A stretch of DNA of 64,000 nt, from positions 69,006,001-69,070,000 of the forward strand of contig OX597818.1 of NCBI GenBank assembly GCA_951406725.2. Reading direction: 5' to 3'. Each line of letters opens with the position of its first letter. The stretch's first letter is position 1. Made by a program: the position numbers and the translations under genes. The notes under the pieces were generated by a model. The model had not been told where the DNA came from. It ran no database searches and saw only the letters and a list, made by a program, of their open reading frames with translations. This DNA is from Octopus vulgaris (Eukaryota). Shown here in pieces: positions 53,338 to 64,000 of the stretch.

Positions 53338-55470
53338 TCATTATTCAGTTTTATTTCAAGAATTCTTGTCAATAGAGAAAAAGCTTGTTTCTAACCTTGA
53401 TCCAAGGCTCCTTCATTGGAATTTCAACATCAACAACAGGGTGTTTTGTACACTACCGTCAGAAATTAATTAGCACCCTTGATTTGCTCTTCACTCAAGG
53501 TATGTGCTGTCACCTAGTGGCCATATCTCGAACTATTGCTTTGTTGCGAGTTCACTGTTGCGCAGAACGATGACGTAACTTTGTTTGCAGAGCAGTTTGA
53601 GAGTCTACAGCCTTATGATGTTGACATAGCAGTGCAACAACAACTTGGAGTGCGGATGCAGACAAATTCCTTTGTTTAATAGATATAGGTAGCGCCTCGC
53701 AAGGACCGAAATCACACCATACTAAGTTTTCTCATCGCGTAAGACGTTTTGAACAGCTCATAGGTTAATTGATTTAACCTATTTAATGTAGAAATTTGAG
53801 AAGTGCTAATTAATTTCTGACGCAAGTGTATGTATGTATGTATGTGCAGATTTGTATGTTTTATGTATGCATTCTCATGCTCATAGTTGCATATCTAGAC
53901 ATTCTCATATATACTTAAATGATAAACTTCTGGAGAGTTTTACAGTTTTTTAGTTTCAGTGATGGATTGGATCTGTAGTCTTCGAATTAGCTTTCTCCTT
54001 TCTGGTTTTGAGAAGCCTGATTTCTCAAGGTTGGTATTTAGGCAGTGTGTTACGTATCCCAGGACCCCAATAATTACAGGCATAAGCCTGAACTTGTAAT
54101 CTGGATAGAGTAACTGTAGATTTCTCAATAGTTCAGTATAGGTGTTCGCTTTTCTACTGATCTTCAGCTTTATGTTAACATCCGCTGGGCAGCTAATTTC
54201 CACAACTGTGCACAGTTTCTCTTCTATGTCTCAAATCCTTATATCAAGTCTGTTGTGCTGACATTTTATTGAGATCTTCACTGGTACATTCCTCCTGCAT
54301 TCCTTTTTATTTTGAGTAGCTATGGCTTCTACCATATTGTGGCTTCTTATTTCTTTGTCCTTGAGATTATCTTTCTAATGGATTTCATTATAGAATGTCC
54401 TAGCTACAAAATCATGTCTTATCGGCAGATAATACCATCATAAGATTTTCAGGCAACTGCTTATGATGCGGGTGATATCTTCAGTGTTAACTCCACAAAG
54501 TCTGTTTCGGTTGTCACATTTTATGGCTTTTCCCACATCTCTATCCCTTTTGTGCATCAGGTATTTGGCTGATATTTCCTGTTCCAGGGTTGCCAATGCA
54601 TACCCTTCAAAGTGGGAGGTAGCAATCTGGCTATTCATCCATGATAAACTGCTATCATCTCTGAACTTTCTACTAACATATCCATGCATGGTCTTCTGCT
54701 CATACACGCTCACCCTTTCATCTGGTGATACACTGCGGTAGAGCCATGCCACTTCTTTGGGCATCTGTTCTAGGTTATCTAACAAGGAATGTTGCTCAAG
54801 GAACTGCCTTCCAAATCTTATGTTATTATCAGCCTCTTGTATGCAAACATGGTCAAGGGACGCACTTCAACCCTCAGTCAAAAAGAGACGTTGCTGAAGG
54901 GATACGATGCGACATTCAAAGGCATTTTGGATTGACGTTAAGCCTCTGCTGCCTTGTTATCATTTTAAGTAGGGGCAGTCTACGTCACTGTTTATGTGGA
55001 AATTATGAGTGTTAGTTAGTATGTTCCAGGTTTTCACATTTATGGTCCACATCTCATCGAGTGTCCAATCTAGCGGCCTAAATGTTGGTATGAGTACTCA
55101 CACTGCAAACACACTGTGGTCCACTGTTTTATTGAATGCAGAGAGTTCTGAGGTCCAACTTTTTTTTTTACTTGGCTGTAATGTGTATGTATGTATGTAT
55201 GCATGTTAGTCTTTCTCTTGTTTAATTTAGAATAAATTTTGAGCAGCCACCTGCTTGGTAGCAAGGTCGTGAACGAAGGCATCTTGTTTTAGCTATCATC
55301 CTTCAAAACTTAAGGTCTTGCAGATTTTTACAGGGCCAGATATTTCAATCATTTTATAACATAGGAATTCAGGATTTTTGTTCTCTCCCCAAGATCCAAA
55401 GTTCAGCCATACTTCGTTCCAGACAGGTCAGTATGTATCCTGTTGCTTCAAATATAATAGGTATGAGGCT
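53338..55470 (-). mobile_element. Decayed R4/Dong-like non-LTR retrotransposon with REL endonuclease
   Basis: HINSDVD..YLK…GSRGL (RT thumb), KTMHGY, a degenerate CCHC knuckle (RLCG…EDIT.IISSC), RHD, and EISCPADVNI..K…MPVIIGVLG. About 600 bp of 3' UTR. Most of the RT appears missing and the 5' limit is uncertain. Confidence 0.8.
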
Positions 55471-55504
55471 GAAAGTGTATGTATGTATGTACTTATATGC
55501 AGTG

Positions 55505-55543
<39 letters not shown>

Positions 55544-56929
55544 TGGTTGTTTACTGATGCAACACAGCATTGTGTGTCCTTATGTCAAAGGTTAACATCA
55601 AATTATATTTATATAAATTAACAAACCAAACATCAGACCCAGATAAGTGTTAGGGTCGATACATTCACCTAGATACCTTCAAAGGGGATGCTACAGCATG
55701 GTCGCAGCCCAGCAACTGAACCCAATCAAAGAGTAAAAGAATATATTTATTCTGCAAACACATTTTCCTTGATTAATGTTATAGAACTTTATTTATTGTT
55801 TATTTAAACACTAGTTTAATGTTGAGTCGATGCAGAGGATGGAGTTGCACCAATCTCTATTGATGAAGTTGGGTGGGAGGAAGATGAGGAAGGGTTCAAT
55901 ACAGAAGTTGGGTTAAGCTAGTCATTGAAATAAAACCATTAAACTCAGTCAAGCTTGCAGAACTGTGGAAAAAAGGGAAAAAAAAGGCCAGTGTGTTTAA
56001 CAACTGACCTATATGTGGGGGGGGGGGGGGAGAAAGAAAAAAAGAAAGTGAAAGAGAGAAAATGTGAATACAGACACAAGTACGTATACATATATGTATA
56101 TATGTATACATATATGTATATATATTTGTATGTGCATATCTACATGTATACATAGACATGCAATTGTATACATACATATTTGTCTATCTGTTATCTATAT
56201 TTGTATCTATATCTATCTATTTGTGTATATATATACATACACACATACACACATACGTATACATATATGCATATGTATATATTAATGTATGTATGTATGC
56301 ATGTATTTGATATGCACGACCCCAACCAAATGGATAAAACTATTGAGTGTATTGTATATATATATATGTATGTATGTATGTATGTAAGTATGTATGTATG
56401 TATGTATGTATGTATGTATGTATGTATGTATGTATGTATAAATGTATGTAATGTATGCATGTATAATCATAAAGAGCATTAATAAAAAAAACAATAAAAA
56501 GCATAAAAGAAATTAAAACAAAACTACACAAAAGTACTAAACAACAAAACAAAACTACCAAAAACAAAAGTGTGTAAAACAAATAAAGCAAAAATCAAGT
56601 AAAAAATAAACAGAAAAAAATTTAAGCAGTTAACAAGAGCAAATGAAAAAAACCAAAAGAAAAACCCCCAATCCCCAGCTATTAAGTTGATGCGGAGAGA
56701 TTCCCCTGTAGTTCAAAGAAGTGGATGTAGGTGTGATGGAATAAAATGAACCAATAGCTGCAAACTTTGCCATTTTTCATGTTAAATGAAGTCAAATCAC
56801 TACCCTACATTCACACACACACACACACACACACATGTGAACACACACACACATGTGAACACACACACACACACAAAATGATTTGTCTTTTTTACAATAT
56901 TTTTTTCTCTTTTCACTCCCCATTATTGT

Positions 56930-57008
56930 TATCATTATTATTATTATCCATATCATTTATATTATCATCATCATAACTATCATTATTATTAACATTACCA
57001 TTATCATC

Positions 57009-57100
<92 letters not shown>
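56930..57100. repeat. (ATT/ATC)n microsatellite
   Basis: Direct reading. Confidence 0.9.
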
Positions 57101-57244
57101 CTCATTCTCTTTTAAAGCCATAATTCATTTTCGCGATCACTCTTTGAGTTCTTTTGCAAAAATTATGTGCTTCATATACACTAACTGTGTTTATCTTTTC
57201 ATATACTGAGATCTCTCCCACTCACTCATTCACCCAATATATAT

Positions 57245-57279
<35 letters not shown>

Positions 57280-58454
57280 TCCACCGTTTCTCTTTCTCTA
57301 TTTTTTCTCTCTCTCTGTTGCTCTCTCTCTCTCTCTCTAACATTTGCACTTCATTCTCAGTATCACATTTTCTTTCAGCAAACTCTTCTTCTTCTCTATC
57401 TCTTACTCTCTTTCTCTCTCTCTCTCAGTTACTCCCTCTCTTTTTCTCTCTCCCCCTCCCCCTCCACTTTTTGCCTTTGTCTACCATAGCATAATACAAC
57501 AAAGCATCTCTCGGTTCCTTACTCAAGCATATCTTGTTTTTGTCTGAGGTGCAGAAGATATTTCAATAAACACAACCAATTAGTAAAACGAAAGATAATA
57601 AATTTGGGGAAGGATTGTTTGTTAAAAGAGAGAAGTTGATAGTCTCAACTTGAGAAGAATAATGAAGAGGTGTGGTTCCACACTGGTACAGGTGAGGTAT
57701 TACTAATTTACTGGTCACAAGTTCAAACTTCACCAAAGCCATTGCACAGGGTGTTATTTGGAGCCAAGCCATTTCTGTTTCAATGCACCTATGATCAAAG
57801 ATGTGATGCCAAAAACCAAAGACATTCTAACCATGACCCTCCTATCTTTCAGTAGTAACACAAAATAACCACGTCATTTCGAGATAAATTTTTTTTACAA
57901 AAAACGTGGCAAAGTTGCATAAATTTTTGAAGATGCTATTTAACCTCATCTCTCGACTAATGTCAAAGACATTCTAAAAATGACCTTCCCATCTTTTGTA
58001 GTTTCAGTTATGGAGAATTTAGAACTGCATATCCAGATTGTCATTATTTTCTGCCACGCATGCTTGTATGTCCCTTGAAGGAAAATGGATGATCAAAAAT
58101 TATCACTGCACCTGTTAATGACTGAGCCGTTCTTCTCATTACTGCATTAATTAATTACAATTTGAACTCCCCCTCTTTTCGTTTCCAAATGCAATGGGCA
58201 TGTATTTATTCTACATCAGGACACCTCTACCTCTAGATCTCTAACGTCCATCTACACATCCAGTGTCCGGTCAACTCGTACAAAGCCACTTACTACCATT
58301 CCCTCCTCACAGCTGAGGTTGGGGGTGAATTGCAAGTTATTCAGTGACCCTGTCAGTGCTGGCGCCACATAAAGGCACCTGTGCCAGTGCCACATAAAAT
58401 GCACTGATGCTATCAGACCATCCGACCCATGCCAGCAAGGAAAACGGATGTTAA

Positions 58455-58485
58455 ATGACAATGATGATGATGGTGGTGGTGGTGG

Positions 58486-58558
<73 letters not shown>

Positions 58559-58590
58559 GGTGGTGGTGGTGGTGGTGGTGGTGGTGGTGG

Positions 58591-58631
<41 letters not shown>

Positions 58632-58650
58632 CTGATGGTGGTGGTGGTGG

Positions 58651-58682
<32 letters not shown>

Positions 58683-58998
58683 CTGATGGTGGTGGTGTGT
58701 GGTGGTGGTGGTGGTGGTGGTGGTGGTGGTGGTGGTGGTGGTGGTGGTGGTGGTGGTGGTGGTGGTGGTGGTGGTGGTGGTGGTGGTGGTGATGGTGGTG
58801 GTGGTGGTGGTGTGGTGGTGGTGGTGGTGGTGGTGGTGGTGGTGGTGGTGGTGGTGGTGATGATGGTGGTGGTGGTGGTGGTGGTGGTGGTGGTGATGGT
58901 GGTGGTGGTGGTGGTGGTGGTGGTGGTGGTGGTGGTGGTGGTAGTTGTGGTGGTGGTGGTGATGGTGGTGGTGGTGGTGGTGATGATGATGATGATGA
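58455..58998 (+). repeat. ~540-bp (GAT)n/(GGT)n tract grown from an RTE-3'UTR tail
   Basis: Follows ccatgccagcaaggaaaacggatgttaaat directly. Confidence 0.92.
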
Positions 58999-59721
58999 GA
59001 CACTTTAGCTTGAAAACTCAATTTAACAGATTTCTTTTAAAAAAATGTCTTTTTGATATTCAGTTGTCCTTTTTTTTTCTTTTTACTTATTTTTCGTTTA
59101 GTTAATCATTATCCAATAATGATTACTTCTTCACAAAATTAATTAATTTAAGTTATGATGCTTAGTACATTAATTATGCTAAAGGCTAATTGAAAATGAT
59201 AACCAGATTAGTGAAAGACTTGACAACAATGTGGCTGAGTACCTCTGGCGTTGGTTCAAAATAGACCAGGGTTTTGTTCTATGAATGAAACAGAGACACA
59301 ACTGGGTTTCATGAATGTAATATTGGGAAAAAAACCCAGCCAAAGGAGATTATCTATGCAATAATAAGAAAAATCTCCCTTAATCATCATCATCGTTTAA
59401 CGTCAGCCTTCCATGCTGCGGGGTGGGTTGGAAGATTTGACAGAAGTTGGCCAGGCAAAAGACTCCACCAGGCTTCTGTGTCAGTTTCAGCAGGGTCCTT
59501 ACGGCTGCTGGATGCCCTTCCCAACACCAACCACTTTACAGAGTGGACTGAGTGCTTTTTACATGGCACCAGCACAGGTGAGGTCAGTTGTGGATGTAAA
59601 AATTTTAAAAGAAGAGACATGTTTTGGTTTTATTCTAACCTCCTCAGTAAAACATTCTACTCAGTTGATCAACATAAGTATGAATGTATTTATTTACAAG
59701 TGTATATGTGCGTGTGCACAA

Positions 59722-60162
59722 GTGTGGCTGTGTGGTAAGTAGCTTGCTTACCAACCACATGGTTCAAGGTTCAGTCCCACTACATGGCACTTTGGGTCAT
59801 TGTCTTCTACTAGAGCCATGGTCCAACAACAGTCTTGTGAGTGGATTTAGAAAACAGAAACTGAAGGAAGCCTGTTGTGTATATATACATATATGTATAT
59901 ATATATATATATACATATATATTCTCTGGTGAAGGCTGGTATATGGGGTTACCCTGGGTTTCTGTCCATAAAGGGTTTAACTTCATGGCATATCATCAGA
60001 CCCCAAAACCTGTTGGCCTAAGAAACTGAACGAATAAATACCAGGCTATGAAAAAAAAAAAAAATATTGGGTCTGATACATTCAAATAAAAATTCTTCAA
60101 TGTGGTGCCCCAGCATGGCTACAGTCTAGTGACTGAAACAAGTAAAAAATATAAGATAGAAG
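59722..60162 (+). mobile_element. SINE family A with hammerhead insert replacing part of the body
   Basis: Head 59722-59878, TA tract, foreign segment 59921-60015, tail 60020-60162. Confidence 0.75.
59944..60005 (-). ncRNA. Type I hammerhead ribozyme motif with fully canonical core
   Basis: Minus strand reads TGGGGT-CTGATGA-tatg-CCATGAAG-ttaaacc-CTTTATGG-aca-GAA-ACCC-a-GGGT-A-ACCCCA. GUA cleavage predicted between 59950 and 59949. Confidence 0.78.
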
Positions 60163-62229
60163 ATATATATATATCTTCACACACTAATATCGAACAGTGA
60201 GAATGAGTGCTTAACACTGTATTATTGGATAACTAATCTTTATCTGAGGGTTAACAAGGCTACCCTTTCCACATTGGAATGATGGTACTCATCCCCATGT
60301 ATGTGTGTGTATTTGTTTGTTTGCCTGTGCATGCATGAGTGTGTGTGTGTGTGTTTATTTGTTTGTTTATGTGTGTGTGTGTGTGATGTTTGTATTAAAA
60401 AATTTATAAATATATAAGTGTATAATGATGAGTCATATTGTTACCGAGAGAAGTATACGTGTTGCTGACAAAATGTCATAGGACAGATACATGTCCATTG
60501 CTTTTATAACCCTGAAGTTTCCCTTTTTAAATGTTAGACACAACCTAGAGAGAGAGTTTTTGTATTCTTGATTGCTTGGATAAGCTCACTTGATCAAAGA
60601 TGTCCAACTTACTATATCACTCATGCAAAACCCTACAGCTGTACTGTTGCCAAATCTACAATCGATTTGGTTTTAATTTATAAGTATTTCTTAACAAAAT
60701 TAATGTAATGTGCAAAGCAGCATTAATTAATGAAGGCTGCAGAGAACATAGAAACGAAGAGGTAAACCAAGGTGAACAATGATGCACAAAACCAAACATG
60801 AGACAACTCAACTTAAAATGTTTTGTATTTTTGCTTCTTTTGTCTTTTGAAGTTGCTTTACCTGAAAATCCCATTTATAATAAATTTGGGAATTACTGGC
60901 ACCATAAGAGACAGGCTTATCTGGCCCTTTGTTGGCATGGTAACAACTCTGGACTTGCTTGATGACTGAGTCTCCATCACAGATGATTGGGATTTAAGGG
61001 GAATTTAGTTATTAATTCTAGTCTCCATAGAGAAAGATGCAGATCCAGCATCACCTCCAATATTCCTCATCATCGTTTAGCGTCCGCTTTCCATGCTAGC
61101 ATGGGTTGGACGGTTCAACTGGGGTCTGGGAAGCCCAAAGGCTGCACCAGGCCAGTCAAATCTGGCCGTGTTTCTACAGCTCGATGCCCTTCCTAACGCC
61201 AACCACTCCTTGAGTGTAGTGGGTACTTTTTATGTGCCACCGACACAGGTGCCATACTGTATATATATATATATATACTGTGTATATATATATAAACATA
61301 TATATATATAGGCATACGTAAGTGCGTGCGTGTATGTATGTATGTATAGGGACTTATGTGTGTGAGTGTGCGTGTGTATGTATGTGTGTTTGAGTGTGTG
61401 TGTGTGTGTGTGTGTCTTTGTGTGTCTGTGTCTGTCCCCATATCCTAGCAGCTCAGCAAATAAGACCAACAGAATAACCTGGGTTGATTCGATCGGTTGT
61501 AAATTATTCAAGACAGTGCCTCAGCATGGCCACAGTCCGATGACTGAAACCAGTAAAAGATAAGAGACACATGAAAGGGGTGATCGCAAAACATGCTTCT
61601 TAAGGAGACGGCCATGCTGTGGCTCCATCTGCAGTAAAAAAAGAAAACTCATGGCAAGGTATGGTGGTGGTGGTGGTGGTGGTGGGGGAAATCATTACAG
61701 GAAGTTATTTGTAACACTGGATTAATTGCGGAAATTCAGTGCCTAATTAGATTGGCATATACTTGAAGAATAGCAAATAATTATCTCATGGATATGTTGA
61801 ACATGAAAATTAATTAAAGTCTTAAATCCAAAATATTTTCATCCATTACACACACACACACAACACACACACACACACACATGCATATACATATGCACAT
61901 ACATATACACATTCATATTCATACATACACACACACACACACACTTCCTATCTCCCTAATTCCAAACTTTCTAATTAAGCTTTATGCTTTTTTAATTTGC
62001 AACTGTAAAAGTACTTGTTACATTATTGCTGTTTAGCCCCGGGTCAGTCCGAGTCGAAGACACCTATGATCGATGGCATTTCAGTCATAACCAATTTGGA
62101 GGTAAACAACAACTTGAATGGAATATCTTTGATCAAAGCTCCAATGCAGGAATTGAACCTACGAACATAGAATGATGAGCTGAACACCCCAAGCACTGGA
62201 GCAGGCACATTCATTGTACATTTTGTCTT

Positions 62230-63003
62230 TTTTTTGTTATTTAAGACAGCAAAATATGAGACAAATGTTTTTGCTATTTTAAAAATGAATCATTTTGTGG
62301 TGCCAACATTGGTTTCTGGGGAGCTGAGCTTGTGTTGTGTGCTGGCAGAAGAGGTTCAAGAATGGTAGAAAAGAGGAGGTGAGAGACGACGGAAGGTGTA
62401 GGAGGGAGAGGGATGTCAGTAGATCAGAAATGGTTGAGAAAACAGCGATTTTCTGGATGAAGGCTGTTGTGTGTCTATAAAAAGACGATAAACAGTTCAG
62501 AGCTGGTGTGGCAAATTATTCATAAAGATCTGAAATAGCACAAAATTAGTGCAAAGTTTGTTCTAAGGGTTATCAGTGACAAACAGAAGGAAAGATGCAT
62601 TGGTGACATCAGGGAGATGGTCGAACTCATTACCTTCAATCTAAGAGCATTTGAGTCTCTGCTGACTTGTGGTAAAAGATAACTCTACTGTTACGATCCA
62701 GAGACCAAGAAACAACAGAGTGCCCAATAGAAGCATCCTGGCTCCCCCAGAATGCACCCATGAAAGCCAGGCAAAGCAAATCTGCTGGGAAGTTCGTGAT
62801 AACCATTCTTTTCAACATCCACTGGTTTTCCTTTGGCCAGAGAGTCAACAAAGAGTACTCAGAGATTTTGAAGGAGTTCAGGATGAGATTTCCTCACCAA
62901 AGGTCAGAGCCCTTCCGATCAGGTTGGCAGCACTTGCATCAGGGCAATACACCAGTCCACAATTCCATCCTGATAACCAAATACTTGACAAAGATGGGCA
63001 GTT
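62230..63003 (+). mobile_element. Decayed mariner transposase fragment (second family)
   Basis: WQKRFKNGRKEEVRDDGR, KISAKFVLRVISDKQKERC, YCYDPETK, KARQSKSAGK, GQRVNKEY and HQGNTPVHNS; truncated at 3' by an RTE-tail copy. Confidence 0.85.
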
Positions 63004-63399
63004 GATGTTGCAGAAACCAAGGCAAAGCAGCCGACAGTTGGAGCTTGGTGCAACTCTCTGGCTTGCCAGCTCCTTGTCAAGCCATATCCAACCCATACCA
63101 GCATGGAAGACAGACATCAAATGATGATGACGTCGTTGATGATGATGGTGGTGGTGGCAGTGGTGGTGGTGGTGACGACGACGATGACGACGCATCAAAT
63201 ATAACATGTGGTGAGGGGCCAGGGGAGAGAAAAGGCTGACTGACAGCTTAATGAAAAAGAGAGAAAATACATAAATACAATGATTTCTTTAAGGGCAAGA
63301 AAGGGAGAGGGACTTACAAGGAACACAGAAATTAGAAAGAATGACCCTTATTGTCTTTCTGTCTTTTGACATTGCAGACCTTCTTCTTTAGGTGCCAGT

Positions 63400-63900
63400 C
63401 CTTAAATGTAGGTGTTGGAATTTTCTCATTCTCAGTTGCATCCACATCTTGCTTTCATTCTAAACATCTTCTGCTCCTCATTAGACAAACAGTCTTTCTG
63501 GGACACAAACAAGTCAACCACATTACCATTTAAGGACTTCTTCAAATCCTTCCCTCATTTGCAAATGTCACAACATCTTTCCAAATTTGATGTATACTTT
63601 TTTGCTTTTAGAAAACTTTTAAGATTAAGGATAGAGTTTGGCAACATATTTTTTGATCCGTGCATCCAAGAGCTGTCCCATCATAAATTTTAGAGAACAT
63701 TAGATCTGAAAAGTTGAAAAAATAACTTTTTGAGCATTTAATGTTCTCTCAATTGTCATGTAGATGTTGGTTTTAATGTTTTAGAAATGTGACTTTTTTT
63801 TCACCCACATCAACCCTTTTCGAACATCAAGTTTAATGTCCAGGTTAATTCTTTTACTGTTTCTTTTCATTCTTCTACCTCCAGTTTCACTTGTTAGCAT
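63400..63900 (-). pseudogene. Possible highly degenerate LINE RT fragment
   Basis: Only weak motif echoes (VRKG, QLRE, WD..W) with many stops. Confidence 0.25.
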
Positions 63901-64000
63901 CTTTCCAGACATTTAGAATCGGACATAAATCATATGGAACTGGTGATTAACAATCATCCACTACGAATATGTAGCAAAAAAAAATGTATTTAAAATGTAT

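Overview
AT-rich, repeat-saturated eukaryotic DNA. The SINE and microsatellite style suggests an octopus/cephalopod genome, probably intronic or intergenic (inference). I found no host protein-coding gene; almost all listed ORFs are translations of (TA)n, (CA)n, (GAT)n, (GGT)n or (TAA)n tracts. Real coding remnants are all from mobile elements: a young 5'-truncated CR1-type LINE with one nonsense codon (10.8-13.1 kb), a second CR1-type 3' end, RTE-type LINE fragments, an R4/Dong-like REL-endonuclease retroelement (53.3-55.5 kb), three mariner relics and a probable Penelope-like RT fragment. There are also three tRNA-derived SINE families, MITEs and probable Helitron relics. The most interesting signal is non-coding. 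Nine type I hammerhead-ribozyme-like motifs from about six unrelated short element families sit in (TA)n tracts, six of them between 42.2 and 44.3 kb. Several lie in head-to-head palindromes with a one-sided tail of about 60 bp. Most have a (near-)palindromic stem III that would need dimerisation, and four families share a CCGANGA (U4C) core. One inversion junction lies 4 nt from a predicted self-cleavage site. This fits non-autonomous Penelope-like/retrozyme-like elements. All folds were read by eye and are untested.
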